A stretch of 64,000 nt of DNA, taken from positions 2,755-66,754 of the forward strand of contig CAZRNU010000002.1 in NCBI GenBank assembly GCA_964601515.1. The letters are read 5' to 3'. The DNA is from an uncultured Bacteroidales bacterium. Its GTDB lineage: Bacteria; Bacteroidota; Bacteroidia; Bacteroidales; UBA7960. This document shows positions 58,287-64,000 of this stretch, one piece after another. Each line of letters opens with the position of its first letter. Within the stretch, counting starts at the first letter, position 1. The position numbers were made by a program, and so were the translations under genes. Below the pieces are notes generated by a model. That model saw only the letters and a list, made by a program, of their open reading frames with translations. It did no database searches and had not been told where the DNA came from.

Positions 58287-59906
58287 ATGAACTCATTTGA
58301 TATAACCAAACTTTTAAGGCAGAATATAATATCGCTTAAGCCATACTCATCAGCAAGAAATGATTTTTCGGGTGGAGCTGAAATATTTCTGGATGCAAAT
58401 GAAAATCCTTATGGAAATCTAAACAGATATCCTGACCCTTTGCAAATGGAACTTAAACGATTAATTGCATCTCAAAAAAACATTCCAATAGAAAATATTT
58501 TCATTGGAAATGGCAGTGACGAAATTATTGATTTATCTATCAGAGTGTTTTGCGAACCACAGAAAGATAAGATACTGATTTTCGCTCCTACATATGGGAT
58601 GTACGAATTTTTAGCAAATGTCAATAATGTTGAAGTTGTTAAAGTTCCACTTGACAGCAATTTTCAAATAGACTTCAATCTATATGAGAAGGCTGTTTCC
58701 GAAAACAATGTAAAAATGTTGATTTTGTGCTCGCCAAACAACCCTACAGGAAATTCTTTGGAAGGTATAGATGAAATATTGAATCGCTTTAATGGAATTG
58801 TATTTATTGACGAAGCTTATATTGAGTTTTCTAATAAAGGCTCTTTCGTTTCAAATGCACTTTCAATGCCAAATGTAATTGTATCAAGAACATTAAGCAA
58901 GGCCTGGGGATTGGCTGGTGCAAGGATAGGATTAGGTTATGCCTCTAAAGAAATTATTTCATTGTTTTCCAAAACAAAATATCCTTATAATGTTAGTAGC
59001 TTAAACCAGAATGAAGCTATTAGAATATTGAAAAACGATGAGGAATATAATCGCAGAAAGCTTTCAATAATAAGCCAAAGAGAGATTCTTATAAAAGAAC
59101 TGTCGCAGTTACCGATAGTAAATAAGATTTATCCCTCAGATTCAAATTTCATTCTTATTGCAACAGAACAATCTCAAAAAGTATATTCTCAGCTTGTTGA
59201 AATGGGTATAATAATAAGAAATAGGAATAATGAAATTGAAAACTGCCTAAGAATAACTGTTGGCAGTCCTTATGAAAATCAACAACTTATAAAAGCTCTG
59301 CAAATATTAAGCAATGTTAGTGGGAAAACTGACAGAACAGCGGCTTTAAAGCGAAAAACAAATGAAACCAATATAGATGTTGTTGTAAACCTTGATGGTT
59401 CAGGATATAGCAATATCTCGACAGGTTTAAAGTTTTTCGACCACATGCTTGAGCAAATTGCAAAGCATGGCAATGTAGATCTAAATATTTCTGCAGTTGG
59501 CGATTTAGAAACAGATGAGCACCATACTGTTGAAGATGTTGCAATAATATTGGGAGAAGCTTTTAACAAGGCTCTTGGAAACAAAGAAAGCATTGAAAGA
59601 TACGGATTTGTTTTACCTATGGATGAAAGCCTTGCGCAAGTAACTATTGACTTTGGAGGAAGACCATATTTAGTGTGGGATGTTTCGTTTAAGCGTGATA
59701 TGATAGGCGATATGCCTACAGAAATGTTTAAGCACTTTTTCAAATCATTCAGCGACAATGCAAAATGCAACATAAACATTAAGGCTGAGGGAGAAAATGA
59801 TCACCACAAAATTGAGGCAATATTTAAAGCTTTTTCAAAATCAATAAAACAGGCAGTAAGCAAATCCAATGTAAAATCAATACCAAGCACAAAAGGAATA
59901 ATATGA
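58287..59906 (+). CDS. hisC-hisB: Fused histidinol-phosphate aminotransferase / imidazoleglycerol-phosphate dehydratase
   Basis: HisC ([32 protein letters not shown]) runs without a stop into IGPD ([38 protein letters not shown]). Confidence 0.92.
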   Translation: MNSFDITKLLRQNIISLKPYSSARNDFSGGAEIFLDANENPYGNLNRYPDPLQMELKRLIASQKNIPIENIFIGNGSDEIIDLSIRVFCEPQKDKILIFAPTYGMYEFLANVNNVEVVKVPLDSNFQIDFNLYEKAVSENNVKMLILCSPNNPTGNSLEGIDEILNRFNGIVFIDEAYIEFSNKGSFVSNALSMPNVIVSRTLSKAWGLAGARIGLGYASKEIISLFSKTKYPYNVSSLNQNEAIRILKNDEEYNRRKLSIISQREILIKELSQLPIVNKIYPSDSNFILIATEQSQKVYSQLVEMGIIIRNRNNEIENCLRITVGSPYENQQLIKALQILSNVSGKTDRTAALKRKTNETNIDVVVNLDGSGYSNISTGLKFFDHMLEQIAKHGNVDLNISAVGDLETDEHHTVEDVAIILGEAFNKALGNKESIERYGFVLPMDESLAQVTIDFGGRPYLVWDVSFKRDMIGDMPTEMFKHFFKSFSDNAKCNINIKAEGENDHHKIEAIFKAFSKSIKQAVSKSNVKSIPSTKGII

Positions 59907-60487
59907 TAGCAATTATAAAATATAACGCGGGAAATATCGCATCAGTAAAAAACGCTGTCGAACGACTCGGATATCAGTGCATTATAACTGACGACAAGAA
60001 AACTTTAATGAACGCTTCAAAAGTTATTTTCCCCGGCGTAGGAGAATCGGGTTTTGCCATGAATTATCTTAAAAGCAAAAATCTCGATAAAGTCATAAAA
60101 CAGCTTAAACAACCCGTGCTTGGCATTTGCCTTGGACTGCAGCTGCTTTGCAGGTTTTCGGAAGAAAGCAACACCTATTGTTTGGGAATTTTTAATAACG
60201 ATGTTAAGATGTTTCCGAAAAAAGGGATTATTCCGCATATGGGATGGAATAATCTGGAAAAACTTAGTTCAGAGCTTTATAATGGATTAGAAAATAATCC
60301 TGATGTGTACTTTGTACATAGTTATTACGCTGAAATATCAGGAGAAACAACGGCTGTAGCAAATTACATATTACCTTTTAGTGCTTCAATGCAAAAGGAC
60401 AATTTTTTTGCAACTCAGTATCATCCTGAAAAATCGGGAACTTTTGGAGAAACTATATTAAAAAACTTTCTATCACTAAAATCATGA
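59903..60487 (+). CDS. hisH: IGP synthase glutamine amidotransferase subunit
   Basis: GICLGLQ, PHMGWN, YFVHSY, QYHPEKS. Confidence 0.96.
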   Translation: MIAIIKYNAGNIASVKNAVERLGYQCIITDDKKTLMNASKVIFPGVGESGFAMNYLKSKNLDKVIKQLKQPVLGICLGLQLLCRFSEESNTYCLGIFNNDVKMFPKKGIIPHMGWNNLEKLSSELYNGLENNPDVYFVHSYYAEISGETTAVANYILPFSASMQKDNFFATQYHPEKSGTFGETILKNFLSLKS

Positions 60488-61200
60488 AAATAATACCTGC
60501 AATTGACATAATAAATGGGAAATGCGTAAGATTAACAAAAGGAGATTACAGCACAAAGATTATTTACAATGACAATCCTTTGGAAGTTGCTAAAAAATTT
60601 GAAGCAAACGGCATATCGCATCTGCACTTAGTTGATTTGGACGGCGCCAAAGCCAATAGAGTAATAAACTATAAAATTATTAATGATGTTGCAAAAAATA
60701 CCAAACTAAAGATTGATTTCGGAGGCGGAATAAAATGCATTAATGACTTAAACCTAGCATTTGAAAACGGCGCCGATCAAATCACCATTGGTAGTATGGC
60801 TGTGAAGCAACCTGACATTTTTTTAGAATGGCTTAAAAAATTTGGCAACGAGAAGATAATTCTTGGAGCCGATTGTATTGATAAAAAAATTGCATATAGC
60901 GGATGGCAATTTGTGTCTGATTATAAAGTAGTTGATTTTATTAAGAACTATGAAAAAGCAGGAGTAAGATACGTTGTATGTACTGATATTTCAAAAGACG
61001 GAACTCTACAGGGGCCTTCATTAAAATTATATGAGGAAATAATATCCGAAACGAATGTTTCTCTTATTGCAAGCGGCGGAGTTTCAGACATTGGCGACCT
61101 AATTAAATTAAAAAAAGCAGGTTGCGAAGCCGCAATAGTTGGCAAGGCCATTTACGAGGGGAAAATTACACTTAATCAAATACAAGAATACTATGCTTAA
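60484..61200 (+). CDS. hisA: ProFAR isomerase
   Basis: [39 protein letters not shown]. Confidence 0.96.
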   Translation: MKIIPAIDIINGKCVRLTKGDYSTKIIYNDNPLEVAKKFEANGISHLHLVDLDGAKANRVINYKIINDVAKNTKLKIDFGGGIKCINDLNLAFENGADQITIGSMAVKQPDIFLEWLKKFGNEKIILGADCIDKKIAYSGWQFVSDYKVVDFIKNYEKAGVRYVVCTDISKDGTLQGPSLKLYEEIISETNVSLIASGGVSDIGDLIKLKKAGCEAAIVGKAIYEGKITLNQIQEYYA

Positions 61201-61945
61201 GAAAAGAATAATACCATGTCTTGACATTAAAGACGGTACAACGGTTAAAGGGATAAACTTCATTAATATCAAAAATGCCGGAGACCCAATTGAACTGGCA
61301 AAAAGGTACGTTGATGAAGGTGCAGATGAGTTGGTATTTTTAGATATAACTGCAACAAACGAAAAGAGAAAAGCACTTGCGAATTTAGTTAGCAAAATTG
61401 CAAAAGAGATAAATATCCCATTTACGGTTGGTGGAGGTGTTCAATCTTTGGGAGATGCATCTGTTTTGATTAATTCAGGAGCTGATAAAATCAGCATTAA
61501 CTCAGCTGCCGTAAAAAATCCCGGGATTGTTTCCCAAATAGCATCAGTATTTGGGAATCAATCCGTTGTAGTTGCAATTGATGCAAAGTATAATAATGGG
61601 AAATATTATGTTTATCTCAATGGAGGTAGAATTGAAACAAACATTGATGCAACAGAGTGGGCAATAAAAGTCGAAAAAGCAGGTGCAGGCGAGATTTTAT
61701 TAACATCTATGGATGCCGATGGAACAAAAAACGGATTTAACCTTGAACTTACAAAAAAAGTATCTGAATCGGTCAATATTCCGGTAATCGCATCCGGTGG
61801 TGCAGGTACAATGGAAGACTTTAAATCTGTATTTACAAAAACCAAGGTATCAGGAGCACTAGCAGCAAGCATATTCCATTACAATGAGATAAATATCTCT
61901 CAATTAAAAAACTACTTACAACAAGAAAACATTCCAATAAGATGA
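61193..61945 (+). CDS. hisF: IGP synthase cyclase subunit
   Basis: [34 protein letters not shown]; start reassigned to 61193. Confidence 0.96.
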   Translation: MLKKRIIPCLDIKDGTTVKGINFINIKNAGDPIELAKRYVDEGADELVFLDITATNEKRKALANLVSKIAKEINIPFTVGGGVQSLGDASVLINSGADKISINSAAVKNPGIVSQIASVFGNQSVVVAIDAKYNNGKYYVYLNGGRIETNIDATEWAIKVEKAGAGEILLTSMDADGTKNGFNLELTKKVSESVNIPVIASGGAGTMEDFKSVFTKTKVSGALAASIFHYNEINISQLKNYLQQENIPIR

Positions 61946-62538
61946 AAACAAAATTTAAAATCAATTTCAAAAAAGGCGCCGGCCTTATTCCTGTAATTAT
62001 ACAGAACAACTTGAATATGAAGATTCTTATGCTCGGCTATATGAATGAAGAGGCACTAAAAAAAACCATAGAAGAAGGCATGGTTACATTATACAGCAGA
62101 AGTCGTAAATGCTTATGGACAAAAGGTGAAACTTCAGGCAACTTTTTAAAAGTAGCGAACATTTTACCTGATTGCGACAATGACACCCTATTGATTCAGG
62201 TTATTCCCAAAGGTAATACTTGTCATAAAGACAGAGAAAGCTGCTTTGGAAAAATGACTGAAAAAGGTTTTATTTATGAATTAGAGAATATTGTTTCAGA
62301 GAGAATTGAAATCGATGCAGAAAACTCTTACACCAATAAACTATACAAAAAAGGGATAGCTAAAGTATCTCAGAAGGTTGGAGAAGAAGCAGTAGAATTG
62401 GTTATTGAGGCTAACCGTAATAATAAAAACTTATTTAAAAATGAAGCAGCAGACTTACTGTATCACTTGTTAATACTGCTAAAATCAAAAAATATTAAAC
62501 TGGAAGATGTTGAAAAAATATTAAAATTGAGGTCATAA
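61942..62538 (+). CDS. hisIE: Phosphoribosyl-AMP cyclohydrolase / phosphoribosyl-ATP pyrophosphatase
   Basis: WTKGETSG, DCDNDTLL, CH...SCF, KVGEEAVE, EAADLLYH. Confidence 0.96.
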   Translation: MKTKFKINFKKGAGLIPVIIQNNLNMKILMLGYMNEEALKKTIEEGMVTLYSRSRKCLWTKGETSGNFLKVANILPDCDNDTLLIQVIPKGNTCHKDRESCFGKMTEKGFIYELENIVSERIEIDAENSYTNKLYKKGIAKVSQKVGEEAVELVIEANRNNKNLFKNEAADLLYHLLILLKSKNIKLEDVEKILKLRS

Positions 62539-62593
62539 TTTGCATTTATGTTTAATTATTAGTTCATTTGCAAATGGAAATCGGAATAAAAAA

Positions 62594-62656
62594 ATGAAAA
62601 TCGGAACATTCATAACATGGTGGCGTTTATTAATCTCTCTAAAACAAGGGCATTAA
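62594..62656 (+). CDS. trpL: trp leader peptide MKIGTFITWWRLLISLKQGH
   Basis: Tandem TGG TGG CGT codons in a 20-aa ORF upstream of a terminator and trpB. Confidence 0.8.
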   Translation: MKIGTFITWWRLLISLKQGH

Positions 62657-62683
62657 TAAAGGTATAACTATGTATTAACATAC

Positions 62684-62715
62684 AAAGCCGCAAGAATCCC
62701 TTGCGGCTTTTTTTA
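62684..62715 (+). terminator. trp attenuator terminator
   Basis: AAAGCCGCAAG/CTTGCGGCTTT stem plus T-run. Confidence 0.88.
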
Positions 62716-62763
62716 TTTAAAAAATGAGGCACTTTCCTTTTATAGTTGTTTGGACATGGCGTT

Positions 62764-62836
62764 GGCGGGGGCTCCCCCGCCCTGTAAATGCATTTACCCC
62801 ACGTGGGTGAAGTGTGCAATGCTACAAATTTGCACA
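62764..62836. other. Cluster of four adjacent palindromes/hairpins in the trpB 5' region
   Basis: GGCGGGGG-CT-CCCCCGCC; GTAAATGCATTTAC; CCCACGTGGG; TGTGCAA-N10-TTGCACA. Confidence 0.7.
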
Positions 62837-62889
62837 GCTCATTAAAGCATTATTTTACATTCAAATAACTATCTAAAAATTAAATCATT

Positions 62890-64000
62890 ATGGAAAATAT
62901 ACATATACCAACACATAAAACTAAAGTACAACCAATTGCATCAATGCTTAATTATAATGGATTTTATGGGGATTTTGGAGGAGCATACATCCCTCCTGTT
63001 TTATCAACTCCTCTAGAAAAACTCGCTGATTTTTTTGACAGTGAAGTTCGAAAAGAGTCATTTCAAAAAGAGTTTATACACTATCTAAAAACCTATGTAG
63101 GCAGGCCTTCTCCATTGTATTATGCAAAAAGGTTGAGTGAATTTATAGGGTCGAAAGTTTATTTAAAAAGAGAAGACCTCAATCATACAGGCTCTCACAA
63201 AATAAACAATACTATTGGACAAATTATTATAGCAAAAAACATGGGAGCAAAAGAAATAATTGCAGAAACCGGTGCCGGACAACATGGAGTAGCAACCGCA
63301 ACTGCAGCTGCTCTTGTTGGGATTCCATGCAAAGTGTTTATGGGTGCAATTGATTTAGAAAGGCAAGCTCTAAATGTTAGAAGAATGAAACTGCTTGGAG
63401 CAGAAGTAATAAGCACTGACCTAGGCACCAAAACGCTAAAAGACGCTGTAGATGCAGCCTTGGGCTACTATATTCAAAATCCTGATTCATATTATTTGCT
63501 TGGTTCTCAAGTTGGGCCACACCCATATCCGAAAATGGTAGGATATTTTCAAAGTGTAATAGGTCAGGAGGCAAAAACCCAAATTCTTGAGAATGAAGGA
63601 CGCTTGCCTGATTCAGTTTTTGCTTGTGTTGGAGGTGGCTCCAATGCTATTGGACTTTTTTCCGGCTTTCTGGAGGATGTGGAAGTTGAGATTTTCGGAG
63701 CAGAGGGTGGTGGAATGGCAACTCTAAACAACACTGCTGCAACATTGTCAATGGGTAAGCCCGCTGTTTTTCAGGGAACATATTCATATTGCCTTGTTGA
63801 CGAACTGGGCAATCCTGTTGAATCACACTCAATAGCTGCAGGTCTGGATTACCCGGGGATAAGTCCGCAGCACTCTTTCCTGAAAGAGTCGAGCAGAGCC
63901 AAATATTTCGCCATTACAGACGAGGAGGCTGTATCAGCTTATAAGCTGTTATCTGAGCTAGAAGGTATCATACCGGCTATTGAATCAAGCCATGCTATTG
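62890..64000 (+). CDS. trpB: Tryptophan synthase beta subunit (runs off the window edge)
   Basis: Manual translation from ATG 62890: GDFGGAYIP, YVGRPSPL, LKREDLNHTGSHKINN, AETGAGQHGVATA, CVGGGSNAIG, SIAAGLDYPG, IPAIESSHA. Confidence 0.96.
   Translation, partial: MENIHIPTHKTKVQPIASMLNYNGFYGDFGGAYIPPVLSTPLEKLADFFDSEVRKESFQKEFIHYLKTYVGRPSPLYYAKRLSEFIGSKVYLKREDLNHTGSHKINNTIGQIIIAKNMGAKEIIAETGAGQHGVATATAAALVGIPCKVFMGAIDLERQALNVRRMKLLGAEVISTDLGTKTLKDAVDAALGYYIQNPDSYYLLGSQVGPHPYPKMVGYFQSVIGQEAKTQILENEGRLPDSVFACVGGGSNAIGLFSGFLEDVEVEIFGAEGGGMATLNNTAATLSMGKPAVFQGTYSYCLVDELGNPVESHSIAAGLDYPGISPQHSFLKESSRAKYFAITDEEAVSAYKLLSELEGIIPAIESSHAI

Noticed and set aside
1828-63832. Short ORFs in the track that overlap larger genes on the opposite strand or in another frame (e.g. 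1828..2121, 2554..2925, 6778..7248, 49028..49411, 59279..59779, 63195..63431)
   Set aside because: Shadow ORFs of well-supported genes, with no recognisable motifs.

Overview
AT-rich chromosomal window from an anaerobic Bacteroidota (Bacteroidales-like) genome, supported by repeated TAnnTTTG -7 promoter boxes, lipoprotein signals, zapA-6S-rny synteny and trpB-first trp organisation. It is mostly housekeeping and metabolism: dgt, ECF sigma, tgt, LptF/G, three thioredoxins plus trxB, rny, 6S RNA, zapA, dnaE, typA, an attenuated his operon and the start of an attenuated trpB. No transposase, integrase, prophage or CRISPR array is visible. Highlights: (1) an unassigned ~117-nt rod-shaped RNA with its own promoter, leading a two-gene operon (YbjN-like protein plus trypsin protease with Zn-ribbon and YbjN-like domains); (2) a NuoE/NuoF/GltD-NuoG fusion trio matching the Stn-type bifurcating transhydrogenase; (3) two histidine kinases that have lost the phospho-acceptor His, one beside an intact paralogue and one facing a hybrid kinase-Hpt pair across a serpin; (4) a HisC-IGPD fusion with no histidinol phosphatase in the operon; (5) a fulvocin C-related Cys-rich lipoprotein whose leader hides a candidate antisense sRNA starting with an anti-SD-like sequence; (6) a 7-bp microsatellite inside the TIGR02757 reading frame; (7) a frameshifted DUF6588 beta-barrel. 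All family assignments are by eye from motifs; no searches were run.
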